Source: Waterburya sp. (GTDB taxonomy: Bacteria; Cyanobacteriota; Cyanobacteriia; Cyanobacteriales; Xenococcaceae). Taken from it: a stretch of 64,000 nucleotides of DNA. The stretch lies in assembly GCA_965217895.1 (NCBI GenBank), contig CBDCJV010000002.1, positions 3,520,001 to 3,584,000 on the forward strand, written 5' to 3'. Positions 17,302-27,248 of the stretch are shown one piece after another. Made by a program: the position numbers and the translations under genes. Below the pieces are notes generated by a model. It saw nothing but the letters and a program-made list of their open reading frames with translations, was not told the origin of the DNA and searched no databases. Every line of letters starts with the position of its first letter. The stretch's first letter is position 1.

Positions 17302-19560
17302 CTACAATGATATTTGTGCCACATTAATGGCATTGATTTTCGGGTTGCGATCGAATAATACTTTTGGTCGTAATAAAATTTTGCACAGCAGCCACAAAGA
17401 ATGTAATTCTCCTGGGGTGTTTCTTCTTTTCCATTGTCCAGGGCGACAAAATAAAAGGGCAATCAGCTTTCTTTCTTGCTCTAAGGTTGGGGTATTAAAA
17501 TTTAGGTGAACTGTAAAAAAATCTTCACAGATATCGGCTGCGGTGATGTTTCCTGACAAGTCAATATTTTCTTCGAGAATTAATATATTTACAGGTATGG
17601 TTTCCCCCTCAATTAACCTGCCAATTCCTGCTTGAGTTAGGGAAATATCCGCTCCTACTTCCGAGATACGGGTAGTTATACCATAGTAAGTTTTCTGGTT
17701 GGCTTCTTTTAGCTCCAGTTTAATCAATCGCCGTAGGTTAAACCACTCATTGACATCAGGTTTTGGTACATCTAATAAAATCAATAGTGCTGCGCCAATA
17801 GAAACTAAATTATAGGTACTCCAAATCCAGCCCAAATTTAAGCCCTGCATCTTTTCTGCCATTGCAGGAGAATCGTGCATTGTAGCAAAAGCACAGGCAT
17901 AAAGGTTTGACCAAAAACTGACGGCGGTAAATATAAAGAGGATCAGTAAAGGAGAAGCTAGCTTCCAGTTAAAAGAAAAGCGATCGCTTTTTGTCCCTTT
18001 AGGGGTAACTTTAAAGCCTTTAGAGAAGGGATTAAGCATGACCTGAATTACCGTCACGGCTAAGGGAAACGCCAAGACTAAACCATAGATACCAGATAAA
18101 ATAGCCGATCGCGATCGATAGTTTAGCCAAGAAAAAACCGTTATTTGAGTTATGTAATAAGGTAAGAAGAAAAAGAGAAACTCATCGGTAGTTGCCCTGA
18201 CGGGAATTATGTGCAAAAAGGCATATGCTAAAGGCATAAGCAGGAAAAACACGCTGGAGATACTGGTAAACCAATGAAGTAAACCTTCTAAGTGTGCCAA
18301 TCTTTGCAAAGGATTTAAACCAGGAATGGTTAAAGGATTGGATTTAATAAAAAACGCCTGTAAAGTTCCCCTTGCCCAACGCAGTCTTTGGGTAGCATGG
18401 GCGGCAATGTTTTCCGCAGCCAAACCTGCACTTAGCTTCTCATCAATATATGCCAAACGATAACCCTGCGCCGATAGACGAATACCCGTAAAATAATCCT
18501 CACTCAGAGAATCCGTCACAAAACCACCAATAGATTTTAAAGCTTTGCGTCGCACCACAAAAGAAGTCCCAGAGCAAACTACGCTTCCCGCACCATCTTT
18601 GACGGGCTGTAGCTGACGATAGAATACTTCTTCTTCTGGAGTCAATACATCTTCTAAACCTAAATTACGGGCAATAGGATCGGTGTTATAAAAACTCTGA
18701 GGAGTTTGCACCAAAGCCAAATTATCATCCTGAAAAAAGCCCAAAGTCCGCTCTAGAAAATTCTTAGTAGGAATAAAGTCGGCATCAAAAATAGCAATAA
18801 ATTCTCCATCAGTTAGGGGAATAGCATGATTGATATTTCCTGCTTTTGCATGATAATTATTAGAACGGGTTAGATATTTACAGCCCAATTCTGCTGCTAG
18901 CTGGGCAACGTTTTGGCGTTTGGTATCGTCTAATAGGTAAATAGTTTTGGGTTCATATTCGATCGCCTGACAGCCAATAATTGTCCGTCGTAAAATAAAT
19001 TCTGGCTCATCAAAAGTCGGTACAAAAATATCAACTGTGGGGCGGAAATTACCAGCAATTACTGGTGCAGACAGATGATCTACTTCTCGTCGTCTGTCTT
19101 TAACCTTTAACATTAAAAATAGCTGAAGACTGCTGCTAAATAGAGCAAACATCTCTAAGACAAATAAGCCAATGCTAAATGTCCCCTCCAATGGACCGCT
19201 CAAATTTAAAGTAGAAAGCGATCGCCACTGCACATAACGAAAAGTTAAATACAATAAAACTCCAATTACAATAAATCTTGACCACCTTCTAGGTTCAGGA
19301 GAAACTTTGGTAATTATAAATACCAATAGAAATACGGCGATCGCTGGTAAAAGCAAAAACCGACTCATAACCATCGGTGCTTCTACCCACATAGGAGGGT
19401 TTTCCTGCAATAAATTTAAGTAGGTAAAAATATTTGTAACGACTCCTATGCCAATTGCCCAAAGAATAGCAACCATCGCTGCAACCAGGACAATTCCTAC
19501 CAAAAGTAAAGTAGCCAATTGTGGTCGAATAGTTTTGGCGGTAGTTTTGAGCATAGTCAT
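17302..19560 (-). CDS. Cellulose-synthase-like GT2 glycosyltransferase with PilZ-like C-terminus
   Basis: DD, HAKAGN, FDAD, QTPQ, SED, QRLRW motifs; multiple TMs. Confidence 0.9.
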   Translation of the reverse strand: MTMLKTTAKTIRPQLATLLLVGIVLVAAMVAILWAIGIGVVTNIFTYLNLLQENPPMWVEAPMVMSRFLLLPAIAVFLLVFIITKVSPEPRRWSRFIVIGVLLYLTFRYVQWRSLSTLNLSGPLEGTFSIGLFVLEMFALFSSSLQLFLMLKVKDRRREVDHLSAPVIAGNFRPTVDIFVPTFDEPEFILRRTIIGCQAIEYEPKTIYLLDDTKRQNVAQLAAELGCKYLTRSNNYHAKAGNINHAIPLTDGEFIAIFDADFIPTKNFLERTLGFFQDDNLALVQTPQSFYNTDPIARNLGLEDVLTPEEEVFYRQLQPVKDGAGSVVCSGTSFVVRRKALKSIGGFVTDSLSEDYFTGIRLSAQGYRLAYIDEKLSAGLAAENIAAHATQRLRWARGTLQAFFIKSNPLTIPGLNPLQRLAHLEGLLHWFTSISSVFFLLMPLAYAFLHIIPVRATTDEFLFFFLPYYITQITVFSWLNYRSRSAILSGIYGLVLAFPLAVTVIQVMLNPFSKGFKVTPKGTKSDRFSFNWKLASPLLILFIFTAVSFWSNLYACAFATMHDSPAMAEKMQGLNLGWIWSTYNLVSIGAALLILLDVPKPDVNEWFNLRRLIKLELKEANQKTYYGITTRISEVGADISLTQAGIGRLIEGETIPVNILILEENIDLSGNITAADICEDFFTVHLNFNTPTLEQERKLIALLFCRPGQWKRRNTPGELHSLWLLCKILLRPKVLFDRNPKINAINVAQISL

Positions 19561-19783
19561 GGCATTGTTGATTAAAAATATGAAATAAACAGTGTTACCG
19601 TTTGTAGCTCATGGCTGACAAGCACCTGAACCTACTCTATAAAAAAGGTTTAATGTTATTGCGTTTAATTAATTTTAGTCGGACACAATTTAATTCTGGA
19701 TAATGAGTCGAAGCTTAAATTGAACTAAGTGCTAAAGCAAAAGTTATTGAGGTAGAAAACAAACTAATTTTGGAGATCGCTGT

Positions 19784-20173
19784 TTAACTTCCAGAAGACT
19801 TAACCACAATACCAATAAAGGCAAATATCCCTGTGACAAAGATTGATATGGCGACAACAAAAGCCAAAGAAGAACGAGATTTGTATCTATAGTTTTCGCG
19901 CTGAATATGTCGTAATTCTTGGCGATGTTCAAAGGCTGCTAGGAAAATTGCGCAAGTGCCGATGCCGATAAAAGAAAGACCCAAAATTCGGGTTACATGA
20001 AGCGAATCGTCCATATAATCTTTTTGCAATGTCGTTACAATACGATCTACCCCAAATCCAAAGCTAATCAGCGACAAACAGGTACGAATCCACGCCATGA
20101 GAGTACGTTCTGCTGCTGCACGGTTACGCTCTTTAGCCAATTCAGTATTTGTATTCGGCGTATTATTAGACAT
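19784..20173 (-). CDS. YidH/DUF202 membrane protein
   Basis: LAKERNRAAAERTLMAWIRT. Confidence 0.88.
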   Translation of the reverse strand: MSNNTPNTNTELAKERNRAAAERTLMAWIRTCLSLISFGFGVDRIVTTLQKDYMDDSLHVTRILGLSFIGIGTCAIFLAAFEHRQELRHIQRENYRYKSRSSLAFVVAISIFVTGIFAFIGIVVKSSGS

Positions 20174-20273
20174 GACTTTAAAGTAATAAGTAATTATTAA
20201 ATACCCCTAGCGTGAATATAGTCATAAAATATATTTATAGGCTGTATTGCTATCAAGATATAGAGATTGTATT

Positions 20274-20867
20274 ATGTCCCTCAAAATTACGGCAAAGATT
20301 CTGTTAACTTTAACTAGTATGGAAATCTTGTTGCTGTTTAGTGCCTTAACTCCCGTAGCCAAAACGCAAAATATTTATTCGCCAGCCTCCATATCTGCTG
20401 AATCGGTTAAGTCGGCGACAGAATTATCTCAGCGTGGAAAAGCGAAGCTAGAACAGGAAAACTATCGAGGTGCGATCGCTGATTTTAGTCAGGCAATACA
20501 GCTAAATCCTAACAATGCAGAATTTTATTATGAGCGGGGTTCAATTTTAGGCAAGCTAGGGGACAAAGAAGGAGCTATTAGAGATTTTGACAATGCAATT
20601 CTGCGAAATCCTCATTATGCGCGGGCGTACCTAAAAAGAGGAGGAATGTCCATAGACTTAGGATTGGATCAGCGAGTCACAGATTCTAGAGGCGTATATT
20701 TTAGAACCGTGGATTTTAGAGTTAGAAATTCTAGAGCTATACTAGATTTAAGAACTGCAAGAGACTTGTTTGCTCAACAAGGCGATCGCGAAGGATATCA
20801 AACGGCAAATGATTTAATTCAACACTTTGCAGGCAGTTTAGAACCAGAAAAGAACCAAAAATTCTAG
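20274..20867 (+). CDS. Exported TPR protein
   Basis: Signal peptide; GAIADFSQAIQLNPNNAEFYYERG repeats. Confidence 0.85.
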   Translation: MSLKITAKILLTLTSMEILLLFSALTPVAKTQNIYSPASISAESVKSATELSQRGKAKLEQENYRGAIADFSQAIQLNPNNAEFYYERGSILGKLGDKEGAIRDFDNAILRNPHYARAYLKRGGMSIDLGLDQRVTDSRGVYFRTVDFRVRNSRAILDLRTARDLFAQQGDREGYQTANDLIQHFAGSLEPEKNQKF

Positions 20868-20876
20868 CTATTTCAA

Positions 20877-22811
20877 TCAACAACGTTCAACACGGTTTCG
20901 TCCCTGTGCCTTAGCCTGATATAAAGCCTTGTCCGCAGCGCGAATTAGACCATCGGCATTGATACTATCGTCGGGAAAACAACTAACGCCAATAGAAATA
21001 CTAATTGATTCTAGCTTTTTGCCTTCGTGTTCTAAATTCAAATTCTTAATTCCTGTTCTAATTGCCTCAGCACGAATAATGGCATCTTCAATTGCAGCAT
21101 CGGGCATAATAACTATTAATTCTTCTCCACCATAGCGACAGGCAACATCGTATTTGCGAACTTGAGACAGAAGAAAAGCGGCTACTTTTTTTAACACCAG
21201 ATCTCCGGCACTATGACCATGAATATCATTAAAACGTTTGAAATGGTCAATATCCATCATTAAAACGCTGATAAACTGCTGTTTTCGATGAGCGCGGTTA
21301 ATTTCTTTGGCTAGAGATTCTTCGAGATAGCGACGATTAAATAAACCAGTTAGAGGATCTTGAAGACTTTGATATCTCAATTTCTCTTGAAGTCTCAAAT
21401 TAGCAAAGGACATAGCAATATTTTGGGCTACGGTTTCGGCTAATTCTTGGGTTGTTCGCTCAATTGTTTTATACTCGTTAAAACACAAATAGAGCATTCC
21501 CAAAGTCTCCCCTTTGGCAATCATCGGTAAACATAAAGTCTGACTATAGTTTGTGTTATGGGCAATATGACCGCAGTATAAACCTGGGGTATCAGAATGA
21601 ACTAGATGGGAATCCCCCCGTCTTAATGCCCAGCATTCTTTTAGCTCAAAGCTGCTATAACTATTAGCCATTCCCCAAGCTGCGATCGCCTTTAATAACT
21701 TTTTGTTGTTGACTAGATATACCGCACCATGACTATCAGGAAATAAAGGACGCAGCAAATCTGCCAGCACTTCTTCTGCTTCAACCAAACTGGCGCAAGC
21801 CTGAATAAATTCATTCATCTGCGCTAATTTGATTCTGGCTTGATTATTTTTTTCCAAAGCCAAGACTTTTTCTTCCAGTTTTTGAGTTAATGTCTCCGCT
21901 TGATCGCGAATTTTCTTACTTTTAGTAATATCTCTGGCTATACCCAAAATCTGCTTTGGTTTGCCATCAGCATTTCTGCTAAAAATAGTATTTTTATCAT
22001 GCAACCAATACCATTGTCCTTGATAATCTCTAATGCGATATTTTATTTCTAAATAATTCTCGTCTTTGAGCAACAGGCAATTCTGAAAATGTTGTTTGAT
22101 TCCCTCCAAATCTTCTGGATGAATTAGTTCATCTAATATTCCAGATTGAAATTTCTCTAAATCTAAGGGACTATACCCTAATAGTTCGCTGATAAAAGAA
22201 TTACAGTAGACGTTACGATTTGACTCTAGATCGTAAATATAGAGAATATTAGGAGTTGAATTTACTATCTTTTCTCTAAATAGTATGCTTTGTTGCAGGT
22301 CTTGATTGACTTTGACCAAAGCAGCAGTTTTTTCATCTACTCTCCGTTCTAATTCTTGATTAAGCTGATGTATTTTTTGTTGAGCAGCTTCTTTTGAATC
22401 TATCTGCTTTTGAAGCTGTTGATTTAAATTTTCTAATTCTTGGGTCGAGGGCAAGCTAAGTGCTTGTGGTATTAGAGGGATTAAGGATAAAGCCGTATAT
22501 AGAGAAATTAGAGCCGTAAATGCCTTAACTATTCCCGATAGCCAATAATCAGAATGCCATAAAGTCCAAATAGATAACAGATGAGTCGTCCCACAGAACA
22601 ATATAAACGCACTAAAAAGAATAAAAATACTTTTGTAGGGTAAGTCTTGGCGATTGCGAACAAAATAAATTAGAGCCAGCGGGATCGAATAATAGGCGAT
22701 CGCAATTAGAGCATCAGCAGCAACATGAAGCCAAATCAAAGAGGGTTGCCATAAATAACAATGACCATGAGGAATATACTGCAAAGCTGACAATACCTGG
22801 GGTACGATCAT
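20877..22811 (-). CDS. Diguanylate cyclase: ethylene-binding-type TM domain + PAS + GAF + GGDEF
   Basis: DALIAIAYYSIP and FILFCGTTHL; IHPED PAS; GGEEL active site with RKYD I-site. Confidence 0.88.
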   Translation of the reverse strand: MIVPQVLSALQYIPHGHCYLWQPSLIWLHVAADALIAIAYYSIPLALIYFVRNRQDLPYKSIFILFSAFILFCGTTHLLSIWTLWHSDYWLSGIVKAFTALISLYTALSLIPLIPQALSLPSTQELENLNQQLQKQIDSKEAAQQKIHQLNQELERRVDEKTAALVKVNQDLQQSILFREKIVNSTPNILYIYDLESNRNVYCNSFISELLGYSPLDLEKFQSGILDELIHPEDLEGIKQHFQNCLLLKDENYLEIKYRIRDYQGQWYWLHDKNTIFSRNADGKPKQILGIARDITKSKKIRDQAETLTQKLEEKVLALEKNNQARIKLAQMNEFIQACASLVEAEEVLADLLRPLFPDSHGAVYLVNNKKLLKAIAAWGMANSYSSFELKECWALRRGDSHLVHSDTPGLYCGHIAHNTNYSQTLCLPMIAKGETLGMLYLCFNEYKTIERTTQELAETVAQNIAMSFANLRLQEKLRYQSLQDPLTGLFNRRYLEESLAKEINRAHRKQQFISVLMMDIDHFKRFNDIHGHSAGDLVLKKVAAFLLSQVRKYDVACRYGGEELIVIMPDAAIEDAIIRAEAIRTGIKNLNLEHEGKKLESISISIGVSCFPDDSINADGLIRAADKALYQAKAQGRNRVERC

Positions 22812-22962
22812 ATTTATTGATACTTAATGTTACTCAATTTACATTTTGTCTCATTAAGTTAACTTATCTAATTTATCAGCGTCTACAGTCATTCGATAGA
22901 AAATGATCTTCAGGTTTATGTAGGAGCGAAACGCCCTTCGCAATTACAATTCATATTGCCCT

Positions 22963-24073
22963 TTAAACCATTTGATTTTCCTGGCGCAAATAAGCCTCAA
23001 TAAAAGGATCTAAGTTACCATCCATCACATCGTTGATATCCGTGGTTTCAGTTTCCGTCCGTAAATCTTTAACCATCTGATAGGGATGAAAGACATAGTT
23101 ACGAATTTGATTACCCCAGGCAGCATCAACGATATCACCACGAATTTCGGCAATTTCTTGCGCTCGTTGTTCTTCGGCAATAATCAGTAACTTGGCTTTT
23201 AAAAGGGCTAAAGCTCGCTCTTTGTTTTGTAGCTGAGAACGTTCTTCGGTACAGCGTACGGCAATTTTGGTTGGTAGGTGAACAATTTGTACGGCGGTTT
23301 CAACTTTATTTACGTTTTGTCCTCCCGCACCACCAGAACGAGAAGTTTTAATTTCTAAATCTTTGTCAGGGATTTCGAGATTAAGCTCTTCATCTCCCAG
23401 GTTGGGCATAATTTCCACCCCTGCAAAACTAGTTTGCCTTTTCCCGTTAGCGTTAAAGGGTGAGATTCTGACCAGACGATGAGTTCCTTTTTCGGCTTTT
23501 AAATAGCCATAGGCATAACGCCCCTCTACCTCTAGGGTAGCTGATTTAATTCCTGCTTCATCTCCTGGAGAAGATTCTGCTAAACTGACTTTGTAGCCTT
23601 GTTTTTCGCTCCAGCGAGTATACATTCTCAAAAGCATTTCTGCCCAATCCTGAGCGTCTGTACCACCAGCACCAGCGTTAATAGTTAATACAGCCCCTTT
23701 AGTGTCGTATGTGCCAGACAAAAGCTGCTGCAATTCCCAAAGTTCCAAGTCTTTAGCAAGCTGTTCTAAATTGGTTTGGGCTTCTGTGGCTAGGGCTTCA
23801 TCGGCTTCTAATTCTAGTAGTTCAGCGATCGCTTTACTGTCTTCAAGGGTACTCTGCCAATGCTGATATTGTTCCAAACTAGACTTAAGCTCGTTTAGCT
23901 CTTGTAAAACTTTTTGGGCAGTATCTTGATCGTCCCAAAACTCTGGCTGTGCTGCCCTTTGCTCTAAATCCTGTATTTTAGCAGTGATGGCAGGAGGGTC
24001 AAAGATACTCCTGAGTTTTACCCAGGCGTTGAGAAATAGCTTCGATATTACGCTTTAATTCTGATACTTCCAT
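22963..24073 (-). CDS. prfB: Peptide chain release factor 2 with programmed +1 frameshift
   Basis: ATG 24073, 24 codons to CTT-TGA-C (24004-23998) preceded by AGGAG; SPF and GGQ motifs. Confidence 0.96.
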
Positions 24074-24094
24074 TATCAATTATCAAATTGTTAT

Positions 24095-25018
24095 TTAGGT
24101 AAAAGCCACATTGGATAATAGTTTGAGGGGAGTTAGTTCTTTTAGTAATTCTAACGAGGCGCGGTCGCGCACAAATAGAGAGCCTGCAAAACCTAGTGAA
24201 TTAATTGGTATATTTTGATATGATTCTTGGGAGCGTGGCACAACTAACATCCAATCTCTAGTAGCCAAAAAATTATATGCTCCTGGCTGTTTGTTAGCCT
24301 GACCAATGTCTAAACCAACCTCATTTAATAAATTATAATACTGCTTCAGCATGATTTTAGCAGCTTTAGTCGGTGAATCATGAGGTGATAAATCCAAAGA
24401 GGCGATCGCATGGCGAAAAGGAAAGCTGGCAAGTGTACCTAAAGAATTCTTAAAATCAATTTTGGCAATCGCCTGTTCTAACGGCAAGTGAACCACATCG
24501 GCTAAAAACGGCAGGGGAATTAGTTGAAGATGCTTGTGTCGCTGAGAAGCACCAGCAGCCTTTCCCCCGTTGAAAAAGGCTAACCCGTCTATTTCCTGCA
24601 TACAAAACCACAAAGCATTAAAGTCTTGCAGATTGAGTAAATCTGTTTGCTCTCTAAAAGCACGAGTTACAATCAGCAGATGATTATCAACCACATTAAA
24701 TTTGTTGAGCAAACATATATGAGTTTGGGAAATGTCACCAACAAATAAGTCAGGCTCGTAAGGCAAAAAAGGATCGATTCGCTTACCTATTTTTTCTTGC
24801 TGTTTTTGTTGCTTTTGTGCCTGTTCTTTGCGGGCTATATTACCTAGGGTGCGAACCACAAAAGAAATATCATTCTGTTGAATTATATGATACTCAGTTT
24901 CAATCGATTTAAGCGCGCCACACTCGCGGGCAAACTTGGTTTTTTGCGCAGTTTTTGACCATAAAGTATTAGGTTGTAACATAAGGTCGGCGATCGCTTT
25001 GGTTGCTGATTCTTCCAT
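24095..25018 (-). CDS. ATP adenylyltransferase / Ap4A phosphorylase
   Basis: DPFLPYEPDL, LLNKFNV, GASQRHKHLQ, NSLGFAG. Confidence 0.88.
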   Translation of the reverse strand: MEESATKAIADLMLQPNTLWSKTAQKTKFARECGALKSIETEYHIIQQNDISFVVRTLGNIARKEQAQKQQKQQEKIGKRIDPFLPYEPDLFVGDISQTHICLLNKFNVVDNHLLIVTRAFREQTDLLNLQDFNALWFCMQEIDGLAFFNGGKAAGASQRHKHLQLIPLPFLADVVHLPLEQAIAKIDFKNSLGTLASFPFRHAIASLDLSPHDSPTKAAKIMLKQYYNLLNEVGLDIGQANKQPGAYNFLATRDWMLVVPRSQESYQNIPINSLGFAGSLFVRDRASLELLKELTPLKLLSNVAFT

Positions 25019-25063
25019 AATCGATAATGGGAGCAATAACTATCTATTGTGCATCGTCAATTA

Positions 25064-25992
25064 TCAATTGTTTAAGGCTGCTTGACAATCTTTAGTAATT
25101 TGCTGCTTTAATTCTTCTACAGAGTCAAACTTTTGTTCTGGGCGTAAAAAATCAAGTAAATTCACTTTTAAAGTTTGACCATAAAGATTTCCTGACCAGT
25201 CAAGTAAATGAACTTCAATAGTCGGAGTTTTTCCCGCCACCGTCGGACGACAGCCAATATTCAGCACTCCTTTAACTGTAGCTCGATCCACAAATACATC
25301 CACTGCATACACGCCAAATCGGGGTAAAAACTTTTCAGCAGGAGGCTTGATGTTAGCCGTAGGAAAGCCAATAGTTCTGCCCAACTGTTGTCCTGAAACA
25401 ACTTCCCCAATTAGGCTATAAGGTCTACCCAACAAAGTATTAGCAGAAGTAATTTCTCCATTTGATAAAGCTTGTCTAATTAAAGAACTACTTACTCTTA
25501 CTGCATCACCAGCAGCATCTTGATATTTGCGCAGAGAGTTAAGCTGTACTGTAATGCCAAAATCAGCAGCGATATTACGTAAGTCTTCCCCCGTCCCTTT
25601 TCTTTGCCAACCAAAACGAAAATCTGAGCCAACGCTAATTTGTCTAGCCTGTAGCTGCTGAACTATGATTTGCTCAACAAACTGCTGGGGGCTAAGAGAA
25701 GCCAAATTGCGATCAAATGGTAAAAGAATTAGCTGCTCGATTCCCATACTAGCTAGCAAGTCTGCTTTTTCGGCAACAGGAGTCAGCAGTTGCACCTGTC
25801 CACCTGTAAAAAATTCGCGAGGATGGGGAGTGAAGCTAACGACAGAAGGACATACATGGCTATTCTTTTGAGATTGTCCAGAGTCGATAATTGGTTGCAG
25901 CACCGTCTGATGCCCTTGATGAATGCCGTCAAAATTACCAAGAGCGATCGCTGTAGGGGTTGAAACTGTTCTGTTGAAGATGCAATTAACAC
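25064..25992 (-). CDS. ribF: Bifunctional riboflavin kinase/FAD synthetase (apparent 1-nt frameshift near 25969)
   Basis: GNFDGIHQGH, SSSLIR, GRTIGFPTAN, EVHLLD, LRPEQKF. The likely GTG start (MLIASSTE) is out of frame with the gene body. Confidence 0.9.
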
Positions 25993-26027
25993 GCTTTACA
26001 TTTTGACACAATTTATGACCCGCAATC

Positions 26028-26100
26028 AAAAAAAACCCCTAGGTACCAAACTAGGGGCAATTTATGTAACAGATATTATCTGTTCCATAGCTCTATCTCT
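26028..26100 (-). ncRNA. Candidate sRNA with intrinsic terminator upstream of ribF
   Basis: Hairpin TATGGAACAGAT-AAT-ATCTGTTACATA, then CCCCTAG-N8-CTAGGGG-T8. Confidence 0.4.
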
Positions 26101-26338
26101 TCTCTAATATCATCTGTATTTCAGTAAAAGATGATGATCCAGGTCACACTTAAAAGATGAGTTTGATCGATGATTACTGATCTAAGGGCGAACGGTGAGA
26201 CAGCGCGTCGCCGTCAGGCGCGAAGGAACGCTGACAAGCGCAAGGGAATGCTCGACTTGCGGGTCAGCTATTGCCCACAACAAATGTTAATTGTTAGAGT
26301 AATACAGCCTAAACCTATTGAGATAAATTATTAAGCTA

Positions 26339-27061
26339 ATGATGAATTTAACTCAGGAACTAGCAAGCAGTGTAGCTCAAATGTTTCCTGATGCTATTTT
26401 CTATAAAAAAACTACCGAAAAAGTAGTTGCTTTAACTATTGATGATGCGCCCTGTTATCAGGATCGAGAAGATGTTGGTACTAAACTGATTTTAAAAGCG
26501 ATCGCGACCCATAATAAGCAATATAGTCATTTAGAACCGGCCAGAGCCACCTTTTTTATCATTAGCAGTCATTTGTGTCCAGATTCGCAAATTGTACCCG
26601 AAATTATCGCCAATGGTCATGAAATAGGCAATCATGGTGTTATTGATGAGACTCATGCGTGGTTGACTCCCCAACAGTTTGAACAACAGTTAAAAGAAGC
26701 TCATGAAAAATTATTAGAGCTTACAGGGAATAATGAGATTCGCTGGTATCGCCCTGGAAGAGGCTTGTATAATCAAAAAATGCTCCAGGCGATCGCCAAT
26801 TTGACGGCAGCAGAAAATTATGATCTCAGGCTTGTGCTGGCTTCGATGATTCCTTTTGATACTTTCGATTTTGCTAATAATCCTTGGTTAACGGCAATGT
26901 ATACCAGACAGATGATTTTTCCTGGGGCAATTTTAGTCTTTCATGCCAATTCTTTCAAAGTAGCCCAAAATACGGCGATCGCTTTAGAAACTATTTTAAG
27001 AGATTTAAGACAAAGAGATTATCGTATTGTCACCGTCAGCGAACTGTTAGACAAAGCATAA
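26339..27061 (+). CDS. Polysaccharide deacetylase (CE4)
   Basis: ALTIDDAP, ATFF, HEIGNH, YRPG, ILVFH. Confidence 0.88.
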   Translation: MMNLTQELASSVAQMFPDAIFYKKTTEKVVALTIDDAPCYQDREDVGTKLILKAIATHNKQYSHLEPARATFFIISSHLCPDSQIVPEIIANGHEIGNHGVIDETHAWLTPQQFEQQLKEAHEKLLELTGNNEIRWYRPGRGLYNQKMLQAIANLTAAENYDLRLVLASMIPFDTFDFANNPWLTAMYTRQMIFPGAILVFHANSFKVAQNTAIALETILRDLRQRDYRIVTVSELLDKA

Positions 27062-27120
27062 ATTATAAATAAATTATAGCGATCGCTCAAACAATTAATC
27101 ATTTAAAATGTTTGACGAGC

Positions 27121-27210
27121 GATGCAGCGCGTTGTAAAGCCAGTCCTTTGCGGGTGTTCCGCCCGTTATAGGAACTGGCGCGGGGTTTCCCCCATTGTAG
27201 CGACTGCATC
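27121..27210. repeat. Nested small dispersed repeat
   Basis: Outer GATGCAG...CTGCATC IR; inner CAGTCC...GGAACTG unit shared with 35609 and 41684. Confidence 0.7.
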
Positions 27211-27248
27211 AACAAAGGCTTAAGCTGCATGTAGCGATCTCTATAATC

